This document shows positions 37,665 to 49,700 of a DNA stretch of 64,000 nucleotides, one piece after another. The notes under the pieces were generated by a model, which saw nothing but the letters and a program-made list of their open reading frames with translations, was not told the DNA's origin and ran no database searches. The position numbers and the translations under genes are program-made. Source of the DNA: Podarcis filfolensis (taxonomy: Eukaryota); assembly GCA_964270895.1 (NCBI GenBank), contig OZ185439.1; one strand, 5' to 3'. Each line of letters begins with the position of its first letter. The stretch's first letter is position 1.

Positions 37665-37915
37665 TCCGCCTCACCACCTGGGTGGAAGCAGGAGAGCTCC
37701 CAAGTGAAACTCTACCACAAACTCATAGAAATGTTATGCACACCTTTTGGGTCAGGGAGGGGTGAGACAGGGGTTGGGAGTGAGACCAAATAGCTTTCTT
37801 TTCAAGTAACATTTCTGGTTTATAGTTTAATTAAAGGACCAATAGCAAACTATCTAAAATAGAAGTAGGATGGAGCAATAACCTTTGAGTCTGATCTAGC
37901 TGGATTGTATATACA

Positions 37916-37921
37916 AATAAA
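37916..37921 (+). terminator. Candidate proximal poly(A) signal for FBLN1 isoform D
   Basis: AATAAA about 250 nt after the stop, followed by GT-rich tagtgtgtc. ATTAAA also occurs at 37830-37835. Confidence 0.45.
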
Positions 37922-38694
37922 TAGTGTGTCCAGCTCCCTGTCCTTCTATGGGGTTTTAAATTCTGTTTTGCTGAGGTCTTTTAGTCAGGGTGCTGCATGC
38001 AAGATTTTGCAGGATCAGAGCCTTGCCTGCCCTCACCCTCCCTACTTCCACCTTCTTGAATGCCTTGCCTGGCTATCAAATTAATTTTTTTCATTGTAAA
38101 AATCCAGAAATCACCTCTGATGAATTTGGGGCATAACCAGGGCTTTTGTTCAGCTCAGTTCTGGCACCAATGCCGTTATAAGAGAACAAGGGAGGTGCTT
38201 TTTGTGAGTTCTGGCACCTCTTCTTTTAGGAAAATAGCACTGGGCATAACTGACCTCAAAAATGACCCCCCACCACACATATTCCACATATATTCTCTTG
38301 CAATGAGTGGGGGGTGGGTGGGTGGAGTTCTCTAGTGCTTCAAAATAGGTGTGTATTTTGGGGTTTTTTTATCTGAAAGTTTCATTAAAAGGCATTAGCA
38401 TCAGGTAGGCCCCAACTAAAGTAAATGGTAGAAAAATAAACACTGTATATGCCAAGGTATTGAGGGGCTAAATGACCCCAGTATTGGGGAAAATGTCACT
38501 TAACCTGATGTGAAATCAGCTGCTAAGAGAAGGATGTGCTCATGATTCATTGTCTTGGATCCAAACTCCAAATGGCACTTTGGGTTTCCCCCCAAACAGC
38601 AACCTCTCATGTCACAATGCAGTCTGCTTTTTAAACAGAGGAGAGTTTCAAAAGCAGTCTGTGATATGAGAGCCTGCTGCTTAAAGCAAAAAAA

Positions 38695-38745
38695 GAAGAA
38701 GAAGAAGAAGAAGAAGAAGAAGAAGAAGAAGAAGAAGAAGAAGAA
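38695..38745 (+). repeat. (GAA)17 microsatellite preceded by A7
   Basis: 17 uninterrupted units counted. Confidence 0.95.
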
Positions 38746-39489
38746 AGTGCAACAGGAACAAGCAATAATCTTTTTTGAGCTTGCCTAAGGTAGGGCTGCA
38801 GGCCTTTTCTCCATCTTCTTTTAGCTGTGCATCATGAAGGTTTAGAACTGAAGGGGGAAATGTGTGAATTTGGTACTCCTTAATCTGCAAGATCCCCAAA
38901 GGCATTAACAACTCAAGGCATTGCAGATCCCAGATACTACTCTAGAGTTACACCTCTTAGGCTAGAAAAGGAGGGGGCCCTTCCAGAGTGGGGGGCCCTG
39001 ACCGCTGTCCAGGGATGGCAGGTTCTGACTCCCATCCTGTAGACTAAACTACTTTTAGTGGCTTTTGAGATCCCCATTTCTTTGGTGACAAACTAGAATG
39101 AAATCAACAGTGCAGTGGAACCAAGTAATTCGAAACCTTTATGCCATGATCCAGCAGCAGAGATATGTACATAGAAACAGTACGTACCTATTGTGGATAC
39201 ATACTAGATTGGGATTGGTGTTTTAGAAGCTAAAATTATTTTTAAAATTAGTCATGGTGAAGGGCCCAATTCAGTTGCAGTGATGGGCTGCAGAACAGCT
39301 GGTTGCTCCAGATGTGGGTGGACATCACATTGAGGCACATCCCAAAGAGTCCTCCCACTAGGGCTCAGGTGAGCATGGATTTAGGCCACCATTATGCACA
39401 CAGGAGGGCTTCTTGCTGGGTTGGAGCAATCGTGTATGAGGCTTCTTATGTATCATACTGAAGTATGACCCAGTAATGTAATGAAACTC

Positions 39490-39553
39490 AATAAATGAGT
39501 GTTGTTTGTATCTATAGTTTCTCTCAACCATGTATCGTTTTTAGGAAAATAAA
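39490..39553 (+). terminator. Candidate distal tandem poly(A) signals for FBLN1 isoform D
   Basis: AATAAA at 39490-39495 and 39548-39553, with upstream TGTA motifs and downstream GU/U-rich tracts (gagtgttgtttgta; ctttttctttttttaac). Confidence 0.5.
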
Positions 39554-39662
39554 CTTTTTCTTTTTTTAACAGTTGTTCATCCAAGTTCCCTTAATTTTGA
39601 CAATATAACTGAATATTCACAATGTGCATTATAAGGAATAAGCAGTCAAGAGTTAAGGGGTA

Positions 39663-39714
<52 letters not shown>
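39663..39714. repeat. Compound (TG)n(AG)n microsatellite
   Basis: Read directly. Confidence 0.93.
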
Positions 39715-39715
<1 letters not shown>

Positions 39716-39842
39716 AACAGAAGTGAGGGGGAGAATTAAAATGGAAGTTAGTGTTAAGACTCATTAGTGGAACCTCTGAAGATTGCCATCCATCCATGGT
39801 CTATTGGTCTGACCAGGCAGATGTGGAGAAGTAGGTGCAGAG

Positions 39843-39978
39843 CAGTGTTTCTCAAACTTGGGCCCTTAGCTGTTGTTAGACTACAAATCCCATCATCCCT
39901 AGCTAGCAAGTCCAGTAGTCAAGGATGATGGGAGTTGTAGTTCAACAACAGCTGAGGGCCCAAGTTTGAAAAATACTG
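39843..39978. mobile_element. Fold-back hAT-like MITE, 136 bp
   Basis: CAGTGTTTCTCAAACTTGGG.../...CCCAAGTTTGAAAAATACTG; the 56-bp arms match at 50/56. Confidence 0.88.
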
Positions 39979-41579
39979 GTACTAGTGCAGAGAATGTCCT
40001 TGGCAGGGAGCAGCCTGAGAGGGAGGATGGGGACCCTACTTCTTTTCCTGTAGATACTAGAGAAGGGGAGGCAGTTCCACTGTTCCCCGTTCTGCCCATT
40101 TTGTGGAGTGGAAATATCCCCTAGCAACAGGGGAGGCTGGACAGCTAGAGTAGGAGGAGCCAGCTGGGCTGACCTCCATTCCGTCGCCAAGATGGTACCA
40201 CCTCTGGTCGTTGGGAACAAACACCCCCCCCCCAAGGCTGCCCCTCCAAGCAAACCAATCTTGTGAGGAGAGTCTTGCAAGTGAGCAAGCCGCATCTTTC
40301 TTATAAAAGCTTTAGAGGACACTGAAGCTAGAAGTATATCTTATGACCATGCTGGGACAGTGAGGGTGTACATACAGAGCATTGCTTGCTAGATTGAAGT
40401 GTACAGAGCATTATCTGCTTGCATGGAATTTCTGGGGTTCCTGAAGCTCATGTTCACACGTGCCAGAATTTCAAGGCAATGCTTGCTTCTACAGTAGCCA
40501 GCTTTTTTTATATATAAAAAAGAAAATACATCCTATGCTCAGGTCACCGGTGAACCAAATGAAGATAATTCCCAGCTACTTGAGATACGTATTAACCTAG
40601 ATCTACTATTTCTTTAGATTTTATTTAAATTAAAAAAATATTCAAAAGCAAATGAACAGTTTAATGTATAGCAGAAGGGCTGTGCTTATTTTTAATTAAC
40701 AGGACTTGGAAAACCTTATTCCTGAGATCCTAGAGAGGTCTCTCTCCCCCCCCCCCCAGTATCTTGTTCCATTAGCATTTCTTAATTGCAGTTTACATGC
40801 TGACTTATTTATTTTAATATGTGTATTTACTTAATTAGGATAGAGATTTGTAACATTTTGGGATCACTCCCAATCAATTACCGTAATGTACACCATCCTC
40901 TCCCACTTCCTTCTTTTCTAACCAAATAATACATAATGGAAAAGGGCCTTGAAAACAGCATGTTCCTGGGAAGTAACATACTTTTAAAAATATTATTTTA
41001 CAGTTACAAGCAGTTTTGTTCTGATGTCCTAAGAAGATAGGCTGATCTAAATTTTTAAACATTTACTGTACTTGCTTGTGCCCATGTATTGTGCCAGAAA
41101 GTAAATTAGATTATTTAAAAATGCTTAGAAGGGTAAAATATTCATCTGTTTTAAGTCCATCTTTGATTTAAAGTACAGTAATGGCAAATTCCCCAAAGAT
41201 ATAATAAGATTATTTGTAGTTGTTATTTATAAATGCCAGTAATTTGAGTGGGTCTAATGGGGGAACTCGTATCCATGAATTTCTCCATGGCATTTAACCC
41301 ACTATTTTGGTCACTGCAATTTCAGCTTGTTTTTCTGTTAACATGATGCTCTATATTGTTCTGTCAAAATTCTCTGTTGGTCAGGCCTCCTTTAAATGAA
41401 GGCACCACAGTAGCACAACCCGAACTACTGGATGCCACAGCATAAAGCAGAAATAGGCAATGCACTAATGCACCTAGTGCAAGATGACTATAATGTCACA
41501 ACCCTGTTCCAGCTAGGGGCCATAAGAGGACAGACATAAGCATGAAGACATCTGTAGGGCCATAACTGGAAGAGGAATA

Positions 41580-41807
41580 TAGTGGTACCTCGGGTTAAGT
41601 ACTTAATTCGTTCCGGAGGTCTGTTCTTAACCTGAAACTGTTCTTAACCTGAAGCACCACTTTAGCTAATGGGGCCTCCCATTGTAGTCCAACTCCCTGC
41701 AGTGCAGGAATCTCAACACACAGGGCCCCCCCTCTATTCTTGCATTGCAGGGGCTGGACTGCATGACCCCCGGGTCCCTTCCAACTCTAAGATTCTATGA
41801 TTCTAGA
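41580..41807. mobile_element. Truncated Tc1/mariner MITE (copy 4, 41580-41679) abutting two oppositely oriented CR1-type SINE tails (about 41684-41712 minus, 41740-41807 plus)
   Basis: TA|tagtggtacctcgggttaagtac...ggggcctcc, then tagtccaactccctgcagtgcagg and tgcattgcaggggctggact...ttccaactctaagattctatgattcta. Confidence 0.8.
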
Positions 41808-42393
41808 TACCTTTGGCTCTTTTCAACAACTCATCTCTACAAATTGGCTACAGCTCACCACTCTTTTAATTTTGTTAGGGGACAGAGAAATGATCTGTAG
41901 GAGATTTAGTTTTAAAAAGACCCCAGAAAATTCATTCCGATCTTATTCCATATTGTGAGGAAGTTACCCCATCAGCGACCTTTCAGAGACGTATTGGGGT
42001 ACTGCATAGCTTGGCAATGACTTTTATCTTCATAGTATCAGGAAACCACTGGGTAAGGGATGGGTGAAAGGTCAGTGGTTAAAGGTAGGACCAGAGGAAG
42101 CACATGAGCGCTCTAGCTGCCAGGATCCAGAGGCATGCAAGTTCTAGCCCCACAGGTGTGTTTGTGTGAAACTGAGGGGGAACCTTATCTGAGGACAAAG
42201 CCTCCAGCAATCTCTATGTGAGCACAAAGCCTCATCCCCTCATGTGCCAAATGGCGCCACAGAAAAGGAGCATCTTCAGCAGCTGCCCACTTTGGGATGC
42301 TTTGTTTCTTAACACATTCGTTGCCCACTTTGTGACATTTAGTGTGTGGTAGTTAAGCAGAAAATGATTAACTTGCATTCGTGGTTCTGATCC

Positions 42394-42398
<5 letters not shown>

Positions 42399-42449
<51 letters not shown>
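42399..42449. repeat. Compound (TC)14(AC)11 microsatellite
   Basis: Read directly. Confidence 0.93.
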
Positions 42450-42450
<1 letters not shown>

Positions 42451-43220
42451 CCTTTATTGAATGGGCACTGAGGTTGTAAAGGTGAGAATTTGCTCCTCAT
42501 TCCTTTAAGCCTTCTGCACAAGGCACAAACTGGGCTGTGCTAGAAAATTTCTCAGATGGACACCTTAGCCTTTCTTAAGCCGGCTGAAGTTCCCAAGGCC
42601 AGATTAAAACCTCTAAGCACTTAAAAGATGTTGGTGCCCCCATATATATCTAATTCAAAATATAAACATTAATAAACCATAAAATCAAATTTTATTTTTT
42701 GAAATAAAAAAAAACCTTCAGTAAGATGGAAAATAATGTTTATTTTCCTATACTTCCACTTTATTTATATTTGGATAACAAAAATAAAACAAAGCTAGTA
42801 TCTAAAAAGAAGAAAAAGGGGGGAAAGGAAAGAGGGAGGGGAGAAACAGCCCCCCAAACCCAAAATTTTATATTCTATCAACCTTCTGTCTTAATCTTCC
42901 ACATCTTCCCAGCTCCTACCTGGGACAGGCTCCCATCATTCTCAGCCTGAGAAAAAGCACTCTATTCTGTCTCTCACACAGATCTCTCTTATCAATCTTG
43001 TCTCTATATGAATCTTCATATCACATCTTTCATATCATACTTATAAGTAATATTATTTATTATTAATTTAGATTTATTTATATCCTGCTTTTTAAACTGC
43101 AAAGTCTTTCATCGGATCCTCAAAACGAATCTTACATAACACATTTGTTTCTATATTTAGTAGGGATGAGGCATTCAGCCTGCCTTGTTACATGGTTGTT
43201 CTGTTGGGATTTTTAATATA

Positions 43221-43432
43221 CAGTTGTACCCTGGATCTCAAATGTCTTGGCTCCCAAACAAATCGGCTCCTGAATGATTGAAACCCAGAAGTGATTTTCG
43301 ATCGATTTTTGGAAACCGAATGTCCGGCACAGCTTCCTGCAGCCAATTGGAAGCCGTACTTTGGTTTCTGAACGTTTTGGAAGTCAAACAGACTTTCAGA
43401 ACGGATTCCGTTTGACTTCCAAAGTATGACTG
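43221..43432. mobile_element. Tc1/mariner-type MITE, second family
   Basis: TA|CAGTTGTACCCTGGATCTCAAA...TTTGACTTCCAAAGTATGACTG|TA (TIR 16/22). Internal 13-bp hairpin ttggaagtcaaac/gtttgacttccaa. Confidence 0.75.
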
Positions 43433-43734
43433 TACTTCAGTTGAGAAAATGAACACTCAGCTGAGCAATTTGTGACAATTAATGTTAAAAATCTGGCAAT
43501 TAATTTTTTTTGTGGCACCTCCCCCCTCCCTTATTTTGCTTAGTGGTTAACCCAGCTCTGTGGGAACACCTCTTCTGGATTCCTCTTTCTTTTGTACTTC
43601 TGAAGGCCCCAAGAGCTACAAACAACACAGGATATACCTAATCTTAGTCTATCTGAGATTGTGGCCTTCAGATTTGAATCCAGCTCTGTGAAGCCCCCCC
43701 CCCCCCCCCCCGTTTGGCCTCCAAAGATTAAGGG

Positions 43735-44145
43735 TGTCACGGTCCGGTCTACGGGCGATCAAAGTCCCAGCTGAGGACGTCAGGACCGGGGGCAAGATGG
43801 CAGGGTGGGAGCAGGAACGAGAGTCCAGAAGCCAGGGATCAAAGGGACAGGAAGCAGGGAGTAACGAAGTCAAGGGTCCGAGGGTCGAGAAGCAAGGAGT
43901 CACAAAGCCGAGGTCCGAGGATCAGGAAGCAAGAAGCAAGTCAGGAAACGTGTTGCTGTGGCAAAGAGCCACAGGGAAATGCTGACCTTATATCCCTTCC
44001 CAGCTCTTGCCACCAAGTGCAGTGAGTTACCAAGCGGCCTCACCTGTGCAGCCGTGCCTTGCCTCTCCAGAACAAACTCAGGAAGGCCCCAGTTCTGCAA
44101 AGCCCTACTGGTCACAGGGCCTGGCTCCTGCACGCACTCCTGACA
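43735..44145 (-). mobile_element. Probable solo LTR (411 bp)
   Basis: TGTCA...TGACA termini. 5-bp flanks AAGGG/AAGAG (4/5). TATA-like GATATAAGG on the minus strand near 43986-43995. Relatively CpG-rich with short internal direct repeats. No canonical AATAAA seen. Confidence 0.6.
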
Positions 44146-46347
44146 AAGAGTATTAACTTATCATGGCTGTGTTCCTTCATCTACCAGAAAAGGTCTTTCA
44201 GTTTAATCAATGCTGCAGATGCCCTGATAGTTGCTGGTGTCCCACAGCTGGGCGTCCTGGCTTGGGATGTTTCTTTTTGTGAATGACAACACTGCTACTT
44301 ATGTACTGTAGACAAATGTGTTCCTCACCCTTTCATTCATTGATCCAGCCTATGAGCTATGACTCAAGACATATGATCTCAGAGACTCATCATACTCCAT
44401 TGGTCAAATGTGGAACAATTGGTAGATTTCCCCGCCCTATCACTGACCTCAGGGCTTATCTGAAAGACCACCCTGTCCTCGGATAAGGGGTGACTTCAAA
44501 TTACATATTGCAGTTGAATTGTTTTGTGACTGCCAGAGTTTGGGGGCAGAAGCAGAAATAATGATAAAAAGGCATCAGTGTAATGGATATCTTCATAACT
44601 CCATAACTGCAGTTTAGGCTTTGGAAATTACCGATATGTGCTTTAAGGAAGGCTAACCAGAAAGTATTAGATGGTGTCTTAACTGTTGCCAGCTGTGTAG
44701 CATTTAGAAATTAGAATGGAATGTTTTGCCATTCCTATGTGGCGAAATGCTGGCCCTGAATATTTGATAAGCCCTCCAAATCTACAGTGTCTTTCACTGA
44801 ATGTGCATAATTTTTGTTCAGGTAAAGATGACAATGGAACTTACAATAATTATTCCTTTCCACTTGATGCTCCAAATGCTTACAGTGAAATGTTAAATAT
44901 CAGTGAAGGAAGAAACCTAGTGCGCAGAAACAATGGCACTGAAAGGGCAGAAACCAGCAGCTCAGCCTTGGCCCAAAGGTGAAAGTATTCAAGAAATGAT
45001 GCTCCAGATGAGAAAGCAAATAAAGAAAAGATGGACAATTTTCCGACAGAGAGGAGGGGGAAATGAGGGGCAAGGCTTAATCTCAAGGTTTAAAAGCAAC
45101 AATAATAGACAAACCAAGGAGAGTCATAAAGATCCTGCCAAATTGTTTTGGAATGAGGAAAGTGAATTCCACATATAAACGACACTCTTCTGCATGTACC
45201 ACAAATAAGTTCATGTGCAGCAAAGTATGCACAAAACAAGTACAGCCTAGTTTCATGATCCATGCACACTGCACACCTCCCATGGGGCATGTCTGGACTT
45301 CTTCAAATTTATTATCGTTATTATTTCAATATAGAATCATAGAGTTGAGTCACCTAGTTCAACTCACTGCAATGCAGGAATCTCAACCTGTGTTGGTCCC
45401 CCATCCATATTCCACCCCTCCCGAAGGTGCCAAACTATTACTGTTAAAAACATTTCTGTCTCATATTTATGCTGCCTAGACTAACACTCAAAGTGGCGAC
45501 CACAAGTTATAAACCAATAAAATCTAGAGCCAGAAGAAAAAAGAGAGATGTTGGGGGACAGCAATCCATCAATCAACTATGACCATGAGTAAATTAACTC
45601 CTCCAAATGTTTTAACTAATGGAGGTTCTGGGAGTGAAACTCCAGGTAAACCTTAACTGCAAGGTTTCAAGGTATAACCCACCTACACAGCAGAACCATT
45701 AATCAGTACTTTAGTACTGTCACGGACTGCAAAGTAATCACTGCCAATTTATCCTTTCAGCACCAACAAACTGTCATCATCATTTTATATTTTGGGGGCC
45801 CTGAGGCATTTGCAACATTGGCCAATAATGACTCATACTGTATCACCACCCCTAGTTACAGTTGTTTATTAGAAACCAATAGGCAGGAATGTACTGTTCA
45901 ACTATGGAGAGGCCATAGATGGAAAGAAAAGCAAACCTATTTGGGGGATGGAAAAACAAGGATTTGCAGAGTGTGTTTGAGTTATCTAGATTAATGGCAA
46001 ATGGTGACTGATGTATTGGCCTGTATAGTAACATGTATTCTTTCTTTCAGGTCTCCCACTAATTGCACAAGTTGGTGGATCATTTTGGACAATCCTTCCT
46101 GACTTTGGCCTAGAACTAGATTATGGTTTATCTCCCCCACTCCTCAGAGGCTAAGATTGACAGGTGGACAGAGCTGCCCACCTGCCAATCACCAGACGTC
46201 AGGTGACCTATTCTGCCTTCAGATGTGGTATCTTGCCCATGGTTTAATAGCTCCATAGAAGAAGACATTTCAGCTGCTGTAGCTTGAATGACAAGCATTA
46301 GTGTTTGTGCAGTGTTTTACTGATCTGTAAGTAGTAGTAGTAGTAAT

Positions 46348-46736
46348 GGGATGAGGGTGGCACTGTGGTCTAAACCACCGAGCCTCTTGGGCTTGCTGAT
46401 CGGCAGGTCGGTGGTTCAAATCCCCTTAACAGGGTGAGCTCCCGTTGCTCTGTCCTAGCTCCTGCCAACCTAGCAGTTTGAAAGCACGTCTGTGTAAGTA
46501 GATAAATAGGTACTGCTGTGGTGGGAAGGTAAACAAGCGTTTCTGTGTGCTCTGGTTTCTGTCATGGTGTTCTGTTGCGCCAGAAGCAATTAATCATGCT
46601 GGTCACATGACCCAGAAAGCTGTCTGTGGGCAAACGCCAACTCCCTTGGCCTGAAAGCGAGATGAGTGCCACAACCCAATAATCGCCTTGGACTGGACTT
46701 AACCATCCACGGGTCCTTTACCTTTACCTTTTACCT
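46348..46736 (+). mobile_element. Sauria-type SINE, full length
   Basis: gggatgagggtggcactgtggtctaaacc...cctttaccttttacc tail. Sits between (TAG)n and (TAA)n tracts next to an L2-type 3' tail. Confidence 0.92.
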
Positions 46737-49700
46737 AATAATAATAATAATAATAATTTTATTATCTATACCACACGTATCTGGCTAGGTTTCCCTAGCC
46801 ACTCTGGGTTGCATTAGTGTGGTTGCAATGCACTAATGAAACACTCCAAAAAAAGCACTTTTTTCATATATGCCGGTGCATCAATACGTAGTGCTGCTGC
46901 ACAAATACATGGGTGCACTGATAAAAATACAGCATGGTAAAAAAATTTCAAGACTATCCCAGTTATGCTGGTATTCATGAGTAGTGGAATTGCTGTTGTA
47001 CAAAAGGTACAATAAACTGAGTGCAAAGAAGGGAAGATTAGGATCCCTTTCCAAATGTATAGCCATTTTCCCCTCTTGCTTCTGAAAGGGTGAATTAGGT
47101 TCACATTTAAAAGCAAATGTCTCTCCAACCCTCAACTAGCTAGTAAGTTTTCAGAAACCACTAGTTTGTTTGGTAGTGTTTTGCTTATCTGCTCCAAAAT
47201 GACGTGGGGTTGTTTTGAGCCCCAAGAAGGCACTTCTGTGCAAGGACTGAGGTGTATACGAATACTCCAAAGGAAGATTAAGCATGGGAAAATATCTGCA
47301 GCCAATGTCAAAAGAGTGACCTGCAAAAGCTGGTTTCTAGCACAAAGATTAGTCCTGCAAGTGAGAATGTATTGCTGCTAAAAAACCAGCTTTATCAGCT
47401 TTCTGTCAGCAGCTATCACCAGCGCTTCCTTTCCCAATCAACGTGAGCTGTGACCTCATCATTGCAAAGGTGAAACTGTGACAGGGATTAGAGGCTAATA
47501 AAGAGCAACAAGGTAGTGGGACTGAACAAAGATGAGACTGTTGCACAAAACAACTCTTACTCAGAAAGTTACAAGGGAAATGTGAGTAGAAAGGCCATAG
47601 GCAACACTGCCCCACCAATGAAACCAAGGTCTCCAATGCATAAAAGCACCCTGCCAACTTTTTTTTTTTAAAGTAGGGTTAGGCTGGCTTTGTGATTTGT
47701 GGGTATTCTTCTGGGATTTATTTATTTATTTTATTGTTTATTTTCACCCTGCCTTTCCTACGAAAACCTATAAACAGCAGAGGTTAAACCCACAATCAAA
47801 ATCAGAAGGCAGTTGAACCAGCTTCCAACAAATTTCCAGTGTTTAACAATAGTAGTCTTCTGAAAAGGAAGAGAAGCCGGGGCAGCTGTTTCAGCAGGGA
47901 AGTTTCCTCTCCCCAATCCGCAAACTCCATTGAGCAAGCTGGCTGCTGTGAGTCACACTAAATCAAGCTTCTGGGGGCTCTTCAGTAGAGTTCCATATCA
48001 GCAAAAAGAGAGAGATGTTCATTTAAGCTATCGATTTAAATAATTTCCTACTGATTCCTATTTATGCATTTTCTAAACAATGGTGCAAATCTGACCATTA
48101 AACAAACTCCTCGCTATACTGCTAAAACTATTTTTCATTTCAGCAAGTAGTCCCAGACTTAGTTATGCATTCTCAGTTTTTTTCATGTTGCTTATTTTAT
48201 CTGCATATTATTGACTATTATTTTAGAAATGGGGCTAACAGACACAGCAAAGGTGCAGAAACTCTAATAATGGTTGGGCTGTCTTTCCTTATGGTGAAGG
48301 AAAAAGGAGAGAGCAGTCAGGGAACCAGCAAAATACACCAGATTTGAGTTTACTGAATGGAAAAAGATGACTCAAAACACTTCCTTGGATACCTACAGCA
48401 TTCATTATAGTGTTTGGAATGGATTGTTGGTTTAACTTCTTGTGCTGGAAGATTTTCACTCTCGCTGTTATCTTCGGGGGGTTACCCAAACTTATCCACC
48501 ATCCACAGCTTGTGCGCTATTTTGTTACTTGTAAGGATAATGAGGTACCGCTACAGTAGAGACTTGGCTGTTTTAACTTTTTCCTGATTTTGGTCTCTCC
48601 AAGAGGTGGAGCTAGAGGAGTAGATTTCAGCCTCTCCCTAAGGTTCACCCTCCCCCATTTAACACGTTTGCTGTACAGCTTTTAAACCAAGCGGAGATAA
48701 TCATCAACCCAAAGAGCAATCACTGAAGATAGAAACTTTGTAATTTTGATAAGAGTCATGGTATGCTGCCAGATTTGCACCGATCTTTCTAATAATGCCA
48801 CACAGCAGCAAATTTTCAAGCCTTTGCAAAATTTGGAGACTTTCTAGTCTGACAGTTTTGGAATTCCTAGAAACAGTTAGTAATTGATTTTCCCATCCCC
48901 ACAGCTGCACCAAAAACCAGTTTCAGATACACTACTGGGTAGTAATTGATATTGGATTGGAAATATAGGAAAGCCAAAGTAAAAGTAAATTATGCGATCA
49001 GATTTCCCTCTCCCTCCAATAAAACTAAAAGTATTGAATCCAGGGGCGGGGGAAAAAGGAAACAGCATTTTGGGAATGGACGGCACAGTTCCCCAGTGTT
49101 CTTCATACTCTCCACCTTCTCTTGGGGAGGATCTAGTGTGCGTTCCAGAGCTGGCACAATATCTTTTGGCACCTGAGGTGAAAAACAGAATGGCCCTCTC
49201 TTCCTGCTAGGGAAGAAGGGGTGAGTGAAGATCTGCATCAGGAATGGGGGGGGGATAAAGATCTACATTGGGAGCAAGGAGGGGGAGACCAGCAGCACCT
49301 CTTATTCACCCTATTCACCTCCTATTCACCCCCTCTTAGAAGGGGCTCTGGGAGGGCTGCCAAGAAGGCGGCAGATCAGACCTCTGTTGTTGCTGCCACC
49401 TGGGCAGTGAACATGCATTTCTTGGAGGCTGGATCTGCTGCCCCCGTGGATCCTGACGCCTGAGGCAGTTGCCGCACCTTGCCTCATATGTGCCTCTGTA
49501 AGCCAGGGTGTATATAACCACTTGGCAAACTGCTCATGTGTATTATACCATTAAAGGGCAATGAGCACTTTACCTCATGTCAGGAGCAAATGTGTTGTAA
49601 AATCATAACCTGTAACCAACCCGGCTGAATGTAAAATTTACATAACTTGGTCTTCTATTGATAATGGAGTTCAGAAGCCAAATGCATTTACATTTTAGCT

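Noticed and set aside
38555-38911. Poly-Lys and poly-Leu ORFs
   Set aside because: These are translations of the (GAA)17 microsatellite.
48492-48508. DnaA-box-like TTATCCACC/ATCCACAG
   Set aside because: An imperfect, isolated match in vertebrate DNA with no bacterial context; chance.
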